Below, piece by piece: positions 31,600 through 42,239 of a stretch of 64,000 nucleotides of DNA. The DNA is taken from the NCBI GenBank assembly GCA_977017575.1, contig CDRNVI010000103.1, forward strand, positions 62,001-126,000, in the 5' to 3' direction. This DNA is from Paramoeba atlantica. Its lineage: Eukaryota; Protista; Discosea. Position numbers and translations under genes: made by a program. Numbering within the stretch: position 1 is the first letter of the stretch; every line of letters starts with the position of its first letter. Under the pieces are notes generated by a model, which was not told the DNA's origin, did not search any database, and was given only the letters and a program-made list of their open reading frames with translations.

Positions 31600-31752
31600 T
31601 TATTAAAACGCTTATTTGGGTTACTCCCGAATCCCCCAACATACGGACATACACCCCCTACTCCCTATACTCGTCCTGTGGGTCTCCGATCCAAACCTCT
31701 CTTACCGGGGGTAAGCCCAAAAAGGGTGAAACCTCTATAGCTGGGGGGTGTA
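31600..31752. repeat. Dispersed repeat family I (CCTCT(A/C)TTACTGGGGG units, ends GGT(A/C)TACGG|TA)
   Basis: Similar to 53305-53470 and 32650-32728; partial copies at ~17650, ~39710 and ~40730. Confidence 0.65.
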
Positions 31753-31828
31753 TTACTCGGGGGGTCTACGGTAGATGATTATCCATCTCCTTCAATAAAT
31801 ATTTTTCATACTTCAATACTTTTCCTTT

Positions 31829-32398
31829 ATGGACATCTTTCGTGCACATAAAGTGCGTGGTACTTCTCTTCCGCCTGAGTTTATGCTTATTCGAATGATT
31901 GAAAATATTCAGAACCCGCATTCATCATGGACGGCAGATATACCAATATCTAAGTGGAAGGGGGTAATGTGTTTGGAAAGCGGTGACATTGACAAAATTA
32001 GGTTTGAAAGGAGTAAGCTACAAGGACCTCTACGGTGGGACATGTTGCCTCGCTCACTGACACACTTTGGTGTTTATTCAAACAAACTAATGGGGGAAGT
32101 AGACCTCAGTGAATTGCCCCCAAAACTGAAATTTTTAGATGGTTCTTATAACATGTTTACGGGAGGACTTGATTTATGTCATCTTCCAATGTCACTTGAA
32201 GAGATCTTCTTTTCTGAGAACAAGTTAAGTGGGCGAGTTGATTTTTCTCATCTTCCACATCGTTTGTGTTCACTTGCTTTGAGACACAATCGATTACTTG
32301 GGGGTGAGATGCGTCTTCGTGAACTTCCTTCAAGTTTAAGTTATCGTCCAATATTTGAAACTTCGATTGTAGTTATTGATGATTCCGCAATAAACTAG
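31829..32398 (+). CDS. Small LRR protein, paralog 6 (short)
   Basis: KVRGTSLPPEFML, SSWTADIPISKWKGVMC and about 4 LRRs. Confidence 0.85.
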   Translation: MDIFRAHKVRGTSLPPEFMLIRMIENIQNPHSSWTADIPISKWKGVMCLESGDIDKIRFERSKLQGPLRWDMLPRSLTHFGVYSNKLMGEVDLSELPPKLKFLDGSYNMFTGGLDLCHLPMSLEEIFFSENKLSGRVDFSHLPHRLCSLALRHNRLLGGEMRLRELPSSLSYRPIFETSIVVIDDSAIN

Positions 32399-32499
32399 GT
32401 AGCATACTACTTTAAGTACAGTGGTGTAAGATGTCGATTTAAAAAAATAGCATGGTTGAATGAACGAATTACATACACTATCCTATTACTGAATTACAT

Positions 32500-32632
32500 A
32501 CTGTATCTTACAGTAACTCAAGAAAGTGTTCAAATGTTTCGACATTTTTCCATATTTCTATTTTGGCCAAAGAGAATCAGAAGATGATGCCGTAGTATAA
32601 GGTAATAGTGTAGGGTGGAGTAGTGCTTACAT
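32500..32632. repeat. Dispersed repeat family K
   Basis: TACAGTAACT(C/A)AA(G/A)AAAGTGTTCAAATGTTTC...GTAGTGCTT, matching ~61288-61412. Confidence 0.6.
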
Positions 32633-32740
32633 TCAACTTTGTCAACGGTCCTCTATTACTGGGGGTCAGCCCAAAAGGATCCAAACCTCTATTACTGGGG
32701 GGGTCTATTACCGGAGGGGTATACGGTAACAAACCATCTA

Positions 32741-33584
32741 AACCACCGTCCGTGTTATATTACCTAGGGACACCTATTGTACCTCCTAGGTATAACAAGT
32801 GTCCCTAGGGTCCTTATTATACCTCCCCCCCTACCGCATCAGAGGCAGGTGTAGAACTTACAGGACCGTAAATTTGGATGTTGGAGGGGTCTAAAATTTG
32901 TAAGCCTTGGCCCATTTTGGAAAGGTATAGCGCATTCGAGAGCTCTCGAACAGGGCTCATGAACGTGCAGGCACGGAATCTCCGTTATTTGGATTTTCGA
33001 ATGCACATAGTACACTTTATTTTTTGGTAGACAAAATCTTTCATTTTTCACAATTTTTCTGATTTTCCCCCTGATTTATGCCACAGACGGGATTACGGAC
33101 GATCACCTTAACGTAAACTCTCCGAAAGGGTTAATTCTTCGCCTGGACACGTAAAAGCATACTGGTACATGCCCTTTGTTGTCGACTACGAGTTTTCTCC
33201 TCACTGCGCGTAAATTTCAATGTTGCGTTTGATGAGTGAAACTTACCAAGAAAGCAGATTGACATTGTCAAGAGTTTTGACCAGTTAGGGTATAGTAACC
33301 ACGAAAATACATGTATTCGTGGCATTTCATATTCTTTTACCCCTGAAGCCTCAGGAAATAAACTTACTCCCACACTCGCACACGTTCTCCCAGGCGTTCC
33401 CCCAGGCCCGTCCCCCCAGGCGCAAGAGGGAAACTTGCAAATGGATCGTAACATGTTGTGGGCAATGTTAAAAATTTCGCGCCGCTTCGCGGCGCGAAAT
33501 TTTTTTCACCCTTTTTGCAAAGCAAAGTTATTATACCTAGGGACACTTATTATACCTCCTAGGTATAATAACCCGGACGGTGGT
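32741..33584. mobile_element. MITE-like element, family J (~845 bp)
   Basis: TA|AACCACCGTCCG...TTACCTAGGGACAC at the left and CCTAGGTATAATAACCCGGACGGTGGT at the right; TTATACC subterminal repeats. Confidence 0.65.
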
Positions 33585-33594
33585 GACCCCCCAA

Positions 33595-34063
33595 CAGCGG
33601 ATATCCCGCTTTTCTGTTAGGAGATATTCAATAGCCTTGGGTATGGCCTCTCGCAATTCATGCCTATTTTTCGGACGCAAAGAACTATGAATGTGGTCAT
33701 CCATGATTGACCACAAGTTTTCTATCAAGTTTAAGTCAGATGACTTTGAGGGCCAATCAATAATGTTTAGGCCTGCTTGCAATCCCGCTCGACGGGCTTG
33801 CCCATGACCCGGTGCAATAACAGAGAATTGCATCCTTTAATAGACAATTTTAACGGGATTTGCACAATTTTTACATAAATTTGCATATTTGTTGGAGATT
33901 TTTTTTTATTTTTTTATACCAATTTTTACAGGTGTGTTTAAATAGGCGCAAAATGTCGTTCCGATCATATTCTCGTCGAGATCTCTCTTTTGCAACAAAA
34001 ATCAGGTGAAACGGACACATAGCACAAAAATGGGAGGTGTCCCGATATTGGTGATCCCCCCTG
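33595..34063 (-). mobile_element. Inverted copy of family G Tc1 derivative with transposase C-terminal fragment
   Basis: Ends GATCCCCCCTG|TA. Minus frame reads APGHGQARRAGLQAGLNIIDWPSKSSDLNLIENLWSIM...LRPKNRHELRE. Confidence 0.8.
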
Positions 34064-34228
34064 TATTATTTAAATAGCGATTTAAATAATATACCGTTCC
34101 CCGGGTTACACTAACTTCGCTATTTTTCTTTAGTTTCTTTTGAACCGCTTTTTAATGGTTACAAAGAACACAAAACAACACCCCTAGCCTCCCCCCCGTA
34201 GTCTCGCACGTCGTCTCAACATCATCAC

Positions 34229-35185
34229 ATGTCACCTCTTCCCCTTCCATTCCACCTCCGTACCCTTACCTCCAGTACTATCACAACCCCCGTTGCGTCG
34301 TTTTTTCACCCCTTCTCACTTCCTTACCCAATCCCCTTCTCTCCTCTCGGCTTCCCCTCTCCCCGATCCGATATCATAATCCCCGCCCCATGGTCCTTCC
34401 CGAGTCGTCTCCCTTCCCGTTCTCCCCCAACCCCCACAATCACAACAACCCCTCTACTTCCTCCCCACTCGACCTCCATGCTCTCACGACCACAACACCC
34501 AACTCATCTACACCCCCACACCCCCTCCCCTTCCCCCTCCCCCACCCCCACCCCCCTCTACACCACCAGTCCCTACTTTCAAAAATCCTTTTTCTCTTTT
34601 TTATTTCTCTCCACACTCTCCTTCATGGTTTGGCTACGTAACCAATCCATTGCCTCCTGCTCTGTAGGAGACCCCAACGAGACCCTTCCCAACGGGTCAC
34701 CTTTACAAAACAACAGTTGTTGTAATCCCCACAACTCGTGTAACGGATCACCACGCCTTAAGTATTGTGACACCCCCGAGGAGGTCGAATCCGTGATCCG
34801 CTCACGTGACCCGAATCGACCCCCTTGGCCGGTGCTTCACCACCGGGCCACGCAGATGCGTGAGGGGAAGCTCCCGCTCACGGGGGTGCAGGAGCTGTGG
34901 GAGGCCACCGCCTACTACTACCCCGCGGACTGGCTGATTCCGCTGGAGTTGGCCCAGGTGTTAAAGTACACCACGGGGCGGTACCTGAAACGAGTGGTAC
35001 GGGACCCCGAGGGGTTCCGACGGGAGCTGATGGTCCAGCTGATTCAAATCAAGCATGGACGGGTGAGAGGGGTGGACCGGGTGAGTGGGGAGTTGTGGGA
35101 GATTTTGAGTGGGGCGATTGAGGAGTTGAGTCGGATGGATTTTCGGGATATGGAGGAGATACCGATTGCACCGACCCATCGGTAG
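34229..35185 (+). CDS. Hypothetical protein with one TM-like segment and a helical C-terminal domain
   Basis: Long ORF; FFSFLFLSTLSFMVWL; C-terminal LWEATAYYYPADWLIPLELAQVL. The Pro-rich N-terminus may not be translated. Confidence 0.65.
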   Translation: MSPLPLPFHLRTLTSSTITTPVASFFHPFSLPYPIPFSPLGFPSPRSDIIIPAPWSFPSRLPSRSPPTPTITTTPLLPPHSTSMLSRPQHPTHLHPHTPSPSPSPTPTPLYTTSPYFQKSFFSFLFLSTLSFMVWLRNQSIASCSVGDPNETLPNGSPLQNNSCCNPHNSCNGSPRLKYCDTPEEVESVIRSRDPNRPPWPVLHHRATQMREGKLPLTGVQELWEATAYYYPADWLIPLELAQVLKYTTGRYLKRVVRDPEGFRRELMVQLIQIKHGRVRGVDRVSGELWEILSGAIEELSRMDFRDMEEIPIAPTHR

Positions 35186-35508
35186 ATGTAGGGGAGGGGG
35201 GGGAAGAGGGTTGCGATGGAAGAGAAAGGGAAGGAGGGGGGTAGAGAACAGAACCTGTAGATTAGAATGGATTCAATTTTTGAGAAGAATACGTTTCTTG
35301 TGAAATGTTGAGTATGTTTATGGCACACCGTTTTGAGGTGTTACTACACACCTCAGGGTTAAAATGCATTACAAACTACTGTAAGCATGATGTCTTGGGT
35401 ACAAAAATATCTAACTCATCCGTATTCTGGGAACGCTTTTTGATAGGTGCGGCAAGGTTTTTGAGGTAAAGTCCCCCTCATTTTCTCAGACCCCCCCTGT
35501 ACGATATA

Positions 35509-36146
35509 AACCATGTTCCAGGATAGTATACCCATGCCCACTTAAACCACATACCTGTTTAACATACCTATACCTTAGATAACATACCGGGGGCTATGTT
35601 ATTCTGGCCTGCGACAGTTAACATACCCCCCCTCGTCCCACGGCTTTTTTGTGCAACGGTATAAAACTCCAACCGTAATATCACGTACTTTTTTAACAAA
35701 ATGTTTCTTTTATACGTTTTTGGATGTATTTTGATACGTTTTAGCATTTAGTACTACACGCGGTACATCTTTAGATACAGGTTCTATCTGTGAGAGTGAT
35801 TTTCTTTTCTTTCCTATTTCATTACCAGTCTACTTAACATACATGTACCTATACCTTGATAACATACCTATACCTTGGATAACATACCGGGAGGGTATGT
35901 TAAATGGGTACGTGGTTTAGTATACCTACCCCCCCCTCCCAGCAACAGGAGCGGGAGAAGTCCCTTTTTTAGAAGCGACAGAGCAACTTTTCTAGCAATC
36001 ACACGGTAAGAAATCGCATTTTAAGGTCAAAACACCATTTTTCTAGGAATTACAGATAGGAAAAAACAAATTTGCTTTTTAGACAAAATTTAGTATACTG
36101 TACCCACTTAGTATACTTACTAGGTATACTATCCTGGAACATGGTT
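35509..36146. mobile_element. Complete MITE family B carrying a nested MITE-A
   Basis: TA|AACCATGTTCCAGGATAGTATAC ... GTATACTATCCTGGAACATGGTT|TA; 23 bp perfect TIR. Confidence 0.9.
35545..35917. mobile_element. MITE family A nested in family B
   Basis: CCCACTTA|AACCACATACC ... GGGTACGTGGTT|TAGTATACC; empty site present at ~8383-8396. Confidence 0.9.
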
Positions 36147-36228
36147 TAATTCTAGGTTCTATCTCCTTACATGGTGTACTCTTTCTTGTTTTACAAACGA
36201 TCTTATAATTTTATCTTCTAGTATCTTT

Positions 36229-37065
36229 ATGTTTATCTTAAGTGCTGCGGACGGCTTGACTTTAAGAAAATCTTCTCGAGTTCGTGGGGCTCTACTGCCG
36301 CAGGAATATGATCTTTCTCGAGCGCTGCGCAACGTTTCTAATCTTTGAACCACGTGGACCACAGACAATTCTGCATGTAAGTGGATGGGGGTAAAATGTG
36401 ATGCTGAACTACAGGTTATAGAAATCAAGTGGAGTTATATGGGCCTTGAGGGTACGGTTTCATGGCGAGATTTTCCTCGAACACTTCGAGTTCTTATCAT
36501 GGGACAATCTGCAGCATGGTACAGGAATAGGCTCACAGGATCTCTATCGAGTCCTGATTTACCACCGTTACTCGCAATGTTTAACATCGAATTCAACAAT
36601 TTTAGCGGTGAAATATCCCTAGAATATCTGCCAGCTAACCTGCTATCATTTGAAGTCGCACAAAATTCCTTTGAAGGCACAGCATCAATTCATGCACTTC
36701 CTTTGACACTAATTAAGCTGGATCTTGATAAGAACCTTTTCTCAGGGCGGTTAAATTTAATGAATTTGCCTTCAAAATTCGAACGTCTTCTCATGTCGAA
36801 TAATATGTTCAGTGGGAGTATCGTTCTGACGCATCTACCAAACACGATATTGTACGTTGATTTGTCAGACAACAATCTAAGCGGGGAAATTGATTTGTCC
36901 TCTCTCCCACCAGTACTCACTGATTTATCTTTACGTAACAATAACTTCTTCGGACACATAGACCTCTCTAATACGCCGGATTCTCTGTTACGGGTAGATA
37001 TTCTTCGTAACAACATTACTTCTGTGACACCATACCCATTCCCCGACATTTTGCTTCTTCGCTAA
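36229..37065 (+). pseudogene. Small LRR protein, paralog 7, with in-frame TGA at codon 40
   Basis: MFILSAADG...RVRGALLPQEYDLSRALRNVSNL*TTWTTDNSACKWMGVKC; TGA at 36346-36348; rest of the frame open (track ORF starts 36385). Confidence 0.8.
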
Positions 37066-37408
37066 TTGGGGATACGGGCATTTAAATGCAATCATTGCAA
37101 TGCATTTGCATTCTTCCCATCTCCAACTCTTGTTTTGCTATTTGGCACAATATGATATTGTACCCTCTTTCTTAGACACTGTTATTCACTCACTAGGTTT
37201 TTTTAGAATCCATTTTTAGTAGAATCCATCACTGCCATAAAGATGAGAAATAGAGAAACACGGTACCAGCATATCTCTCTTTTGTTTAGAAAAACAGACA
37301 TTTAGGTATTTTCTATAACCACAACCTCAGAACACATGAGAGAAAGAATATTACTACGTTGCACATTCATTCCTAAGATTTGCATTTCAGAGCAGTGAAA
37401 CGACTTCA

Positions 37409-39382
37409 ATGCTAGTGTATCACTACATTTTTCTTTTACCTGTGATTCTTCTCTCGGAAAACCTCTATTCTGACTCGGCTGACCAGTACAGGCCTCTATC
37501 TGCCCATAAAAGTGATAGTGAAGCACTTTTGCAAAATGTTTCCCAATACATCTCCCGGAGTGAAGATTTTCATGGAAAAAAGAACAACACTGTATCTTCT
37601 ACGCTGGAAGATCCTGCATTAGTGTCAAGAAAGTTTGATAATAAATCTACGCTCAACACATTCGCTACTCATGCGGGGCGTTCACACGGAAGCGAAACTC
37701 GGGCTATACACCCTCCCAAAAGCAGCCGTGCTTCTTTGAGGACACACCACAGATTTCTACATGGTCAGGTTTCGCGATGTGCGCATAAAAACTGTGCCGT
37801 CGAGAAATCTGTTTTTGACGTACAGCGCAAAGAGCCGAAGGGCAGGACCGGAGGAGTCCATCTTTCTAAGCTACCACAATCCAAGAAGAAAAATGAATAC
37901 GGTCGAGGTACCTTGACAAAACAAAGAGAACGGTGTCATGCATCACGTAAACCTTGTCCTTCTTTAAAAAACGGCTTTAGTTCAGGAGAAACTAAAAAGG
38001 TTGGTACGCGTCTTCAAGCGAGTGAAGTCTCTAGAAAATCAGACCGTGGTGCAAAATGTATGGTAAAAACAACGAAAAAGAAAACTAAGAAATATGTAAA
38101 AGTAGACAGTTCATTGAAGGGCAAGCCAGAGAGTGTCCGAGCACAATCGAACGGTGATTCTCAAAATTCTTTTCTAGTAAATGCGCTACCCGATTTACCA
38201 TGGACACCAAGCCTTGCAAATATCTCACAAATGTTATCAGAGTATTTCAATTCTGGCTCGTATAATGAAAAGAGCATTAGTACTCTGGAGCCTGAAGACA
38301 GCGTAACTACCTTAATGAATCATCATACTGTCTTGCCTCAAGGGCACTTAAAGGGTGCCCCTGCTCAAAAAAAGACCATATTGTCTTTACATTTTCCTTC
38401 TGGCAGTTCTTTGGTTTCTGATGCAGATCTGTCAAGTTCCTACAATGCAGAGGAATCTCTAGATCGACTTTTAGATCAACTCTCCGAACTCAAACCAGTG
38501 GATAGCATCTCGTCTCTGGAAGAAGCCATGCAAGCTGATGGCTATCCAAGTTTGCCTGCCAATCGTAATGAGCAGGTGGGTCGCAACGAAAGGCTAGACT
38601 CCAGAAATGACGACGCTACCCGTTCATCGGTCGTATCACAACCCTTACGAAGAACGAAGAGTCCAGTTCTTCAAAATTCTGAACAAAGCTACGATAGCGT
38701 TTTATTGGATGTCAGAAATCCCTTCACAGGTTTTAATTTGCTTGAATGGCCATCTCTTTACACCTCAAGTTTGTCCAATTTAACAAGTCTAAGCAACGCG
38801 TGGCTTGAAGAGAATCCCTATGAAGGAAAATCGTATTCCGATTCCGAATTTGATTTAGAATCTTATTCCGATGTTAACTTTCCGTTACATTCTACAGATC
38901 CTCTGTATTTTTCCGATAGGCCGAATTCACGTTCTTCTTTGCGAGGTGATGAAAAGGAAGCAGTCATTCTTACCACGCCGCGTAGTCCTGCAGGAATGAA
39001 CACAAATCCGGACTTTAGTCCAATACCATGGAGAGGTAGCCATATAGAAAAAACGAATTCGACCTCATCGGTACGTGTTCCGTGGTCACTCTCTGGAACA
39101 AAATCTTATTTTAACTCAAATTTTCAGAGCGAACAAAGTCCTTTATCACAAAGGCCTGCGAATGCGAGGCCTCATAAGTCAAATTCCGGCAGATCAGGTC
39201 TAGATTCTTCTGTCCTTGGTGATAAAGTTGTCAGTGGCTGTGCTGTTTCGGACCAGAGTGAGAAAGAGAGCAAACAGGAAAACAGTGGTACACGAGAAAC
39301 TCCTATCTCATCGCTTTGGACCTATGTTGGGCGAATACTGGAATGTTTCACATTCCTTTTTTGTAGGTGCTTTCAGCGTTGA
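37409..39382 (+). CDS. Hypothetical S/K-rich protein with signal-peptide-like N-terminus
   Basis: 657-aa ORF; MLVYHYIFLLPVILLSENLYS; Cys-rich C-terminus ILECFTFLFCRCFQR. Confidence 0.65.
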   Translation: MLVYHYIFLLPVILLSENLYSDSADQYRPLSAHKSDSEALLQNVSQYISRSEDFHGKKNNTVSSTLEDPALVSRKFDNKSTLNTFATHAGRSHGSETRAIHPPKSSRASLRTHHRFLHGQVSRCAHKNCAVEKSVFDVQRKEPKGRTGGVHLSKLPQSKKKNEYGRGTLTKQRERCHASRKPCPSLKNGFSSGETKKVGTRLQASEVSRKSDRGAKCMVKTTKKKTKKYVKVDSSLKGKPESVRAQSNGDSQNSFLVNALPDLPWTPSLANISQMLSEYFNSGSYNEKSISTLEPEDSVTTLMNHHTVLPQGHLKGAPAQKKTILSLHFPSGSSLVSDADLSSSYNAEESLDRLLDQLSELKPVDSISSLEEAMQADGYPSLPANRNEQVGRNERLDSRNDDATRSSVVSQPLRRTKSPVLQNSEQSYDSVLLDVRNPFTGFNLLEWPSLYTSSLSNLTSLSNAWLEENPYEGKSYSDSEFDLESYSDVNFPLHSTDPLYFSDRPNSRSSLRGDEKEAVILTTPRSPAGMNTNPDFSPIPWRGSHIEKTNSTSSVRVPWSLSGTKSYFNSNFQSEQSPLSQRPANARPHKSNSGRSGLDSSVLGDKVVSGCAVSDQSEKESKQENSGTRETPISSLWTYVGRILECFTFLFCRCFQR

Positions 39383-39584
39383 ATGCTCTTCTTAAGTAGA
39401 TTAGAGCGTTTGTGCAGTATTACTTCGTGGATAGGTTTCGCCAATACAGATTGCTGAAATTTTGCTTTTGAGCAAAATCAAAGGCGGTCATTGTATGACC
39501 TAGTAGTAGAGCATAAAATTTTATAGTTAGAGCCTCACTGAGTTGTATTCTTGTAGTTTCTATGCTTGCACATGTGATAAGCTA

Positions 39585-39679
39585 CTGGACCCCCCCCTAG
39601 ATATCTGTCACACCCCTACCCCTCTAGTTTCTGTCACCTTTTGACCAAAAGTAGTGACAGATAACTAAGGGAGGTACAG
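39585..39679. mobile_element. 95 bp mini-MITE, family C
   Basis: TA|CTGGACCCCCCCCTAGATATCTGTC ... GACAGATAACTAAGGGAGGTACAG|TA. Confidence 0.75.
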
Positions 39680-40988
39680 TATATTAAATGTGTTCTAACA
39701 ATTACCCCCCCAGTAATAGAATCAGTTTGGAGCCAAAATAGTTAAATCTCTGTTACTGGAGGAATATTTTTTTGTGGGAAAAGAGCTCTTTTACTCGTGA
39801 GTGCAATGATTTTCTGCCCAGCCAGGCCCGCAACTAAGCGATCCCCGCCCGCCCAACCACCCTCATCCTGTCCTCAATAACTTCTTTTCATTTCGCTTCA
39901 TGAACTTTTCAAATGGACACTGCAAGTTTACCCTCTCTGTGGATGGCACAGGATGGAACGAAATGGCACAGGATGGCGCGGCGAGCCTAGTTTTAGGAAT
40001 CTTCTTCCTCCTAAGTAGCGTTTTAAAATTGGAGTAAATTTTCGGATGCTCTTTTGCACTGTAGCTTTGCATATTGTTTGATAATTCATACAATTTAAAT
40101 TTAATTTGGAGGTGTATTTACGTCACGAGTAGGTAAGTAAGCACAATCTTCCAGCTACCCTAATCTTCTCTTGCAAAAAAAGCGCGGTCGTAGTGATGAT
40201 GAATTGAAGCAAACTAACTTAGACCATTTCATTGTTTATGATAAGAATTGTACGGAAAGAATGGCTTCTTCAGATTCTCTTCACCTCACTATCCTCGAGT
40301 CATGAACTCATTTGAACTTATGGGAGAGAAGTAACGTAATATAAAAAAACGTTAACCACCGCGTTTAATGGAGCGACTACAAACTTGTACTGATAGTTGT
40401 TACTGCTTATGAGTTCCCCCAATTCTGGTGCGCTTATGAGTTCCTTTTTCTAAGGCGAACGTTTTTTACCCACTTTTCGCGAAGCGATCTTTTTATGCAC
40501 AGAACCCAAATCCCAACAACCGTACGTCCGGCTGCTCTACAGCCTCGCTCACTGAGCGGATAATCATTTTAGCGCCAGTATCATTGTCAAGGAGAACCCG
40601 CGGCGCTTCGCGGGTTCCACACCCACCCTAGTTGTTTGATACCTTGGTATTCGATACGGCACGGTATTCGATACCGGGCGGTGTCACTCACGCATGGCCA
40701 GAAGGAGTACAGCAGGGAGGGTCGGCGAAGGGTCTACGGTAGGGGGTATACGGTAAGTACTTAACCACACGCGAAGGATTTTTTCTGCTTATACTTCACG
40801 AAGCTGTCTGATCTTTGATAAAAACAAATACTCAAAAACGACCTTATTTCACAAATTTTAGAACACCAACTTTAGAACTTCTTTAAGAGCCATTATGTTT
40901 ATGCAAGCTTCTTCCCTTGCTCTATCTAAACTTACATTTATTACCGTTATTCCCTTTTAAAAGTTTTTGCTAAACACGTTTTGTTTTC

Positions 40989-41606
40989 ATGACCACTCTG
41001 ATCCCGTTCGTCTCCTCTTTCGATTCTCGCTCCAAGAAAAAGGCCAACCTTGCAAAGGTACACACCGCTAACCTCCCGATGGAAATACAGCTGGCCAACT
41101 TCATCCAAGACCTTGACAAGTCTAATCTCCCTCCTATTTGGCACTCCAAAACTCCGGCATGTGACTGGCCCGGGATTCACTGCAATCCTCAAAAAGAGGT
41201 CATCGCAGTGATGTGGTATCTCCGTGACCTCCGCGGGATGTTAAGCTTTCGGCATTTACCTCCCACAACAAATCACGTGAACTTAAGCACCAATTCGCTC
41301 AGCGGGTCGGTCGACCTCTCTTGTCTTCCAGGAAAGATGACCCATCTGAATTTATCCTACAACAAGTTCTCCGGTCCGATACACCTTGATGTACTCCCGC
41401 AGACGTTGACACATTTGCACCTAAACGATAATGATTTCAGTGGACGTGTAGAGTTTGACGCGCTTCCTCCGAGGCTTCAGCTTCTGGTGCTCTCGAAGAA
41501 TAAGCAGCTTCGTGGTACAATTATTCGAACGCATCTTCCAAATACGCTTCAGGAAGTTCCAATTATAGAAACGGAAATTCGAATGTTGGATAAACCTGTG
41601 TACTAA
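40989..41606 (+). CDS. Small LRR protein, paralog 8
   Basis: KVHTANLPMEIQLANFI, IWHSKTPACDWPGIHC and LRRs. Confidence 0.88.
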   Translation: MTTLIPFVSSFDSRSKKKANLAKVHTANLPMEIQLANFIQDLDKSNLPPIWHSKTPACDWPGIHCNPQKEVIAVMWYLRDLRGMLSFRHLPPTTNHVNLSTNSLSGSVDLSCLPGKMTHLNLSYNKFSGPIHLDVLPQTLTHLHLNDNDFSGRVEFDALPPRLQLLVLSKNKQLRGTIIRTHLPNTLQEVPIIETEIRMLDKPVY

Positions 41607-41974
41607 TTAAATGAAAAGTTTCTTGAGTTGTTTGGTTATGTTTTGTTGTGTATTTTACGTTTCGCGTATAGCATAATATGGTCTGAATATCTCGGTTAAT
41701 ATTGAGCGGCCACTCAAAGAATATCAAAGAAATTTTCAACCAAAATATTTTTTTTCTTATAAAAATGAAGTCTGTTGATGTATAAAGTGGGTGTGCACCA
41801 GTGTACAGTAAGTGCATTCACCAATGCAAACGAATATAAGGATTTATAAAACAATGAACATTAGCTTTTCAAAAAGGCTTGAAATCGCTATCAACCTCAT
41901 GCGATCAATCTTGTATAAGTCAGGCGGTTCTTAGACCATTGTTAGAGCTTCTAAGGGGTATCGCCCCAAGGATC

Positions 41975-42060
41975 TTTTGATCTTTTTCCCGCTTTTGCTC
42001 ATTTTTGTTGCAAGCGAGAGATCTCGTTCCCCTAGCGAAGCATTTAGCATCTATTTTTTC
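41975..42060. repeat. Fragment of MITE family F
   Basis: TTTTGCTCATTTTTGTTGCAAGCGAGAGATCTCGTTCCCCTAG matches ~19919-19962. Confidence 0.7.
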
Positions 42061-42239
42061 ATCCTGAATTACACATTAGTTCGGGGCCAAAAAAATGGGA
42101 TTTTCGAGCGACGTCTTTAGAACCAGGCCACATTCCAACTTTTCTTGAAGCTTCACACTTTTTTTCGTAATCAAATACAAGAACAAGCACCTTTTCTTTT
42201 CATCTCCCTACCTCTCCTCTACCTCCACCTCCCCCCTCC

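Noticed and set aside
36346-36348. Stop-codon reassignment (TGA as sense)
   Set aside because: TGA, TAA and TAG all terminate genes at plausible C-termini here (TGA at 19843, 27418, 49970; TAA in HSP60; TAG in TXNDC9), and this TGA does not align with a conserved Trp.
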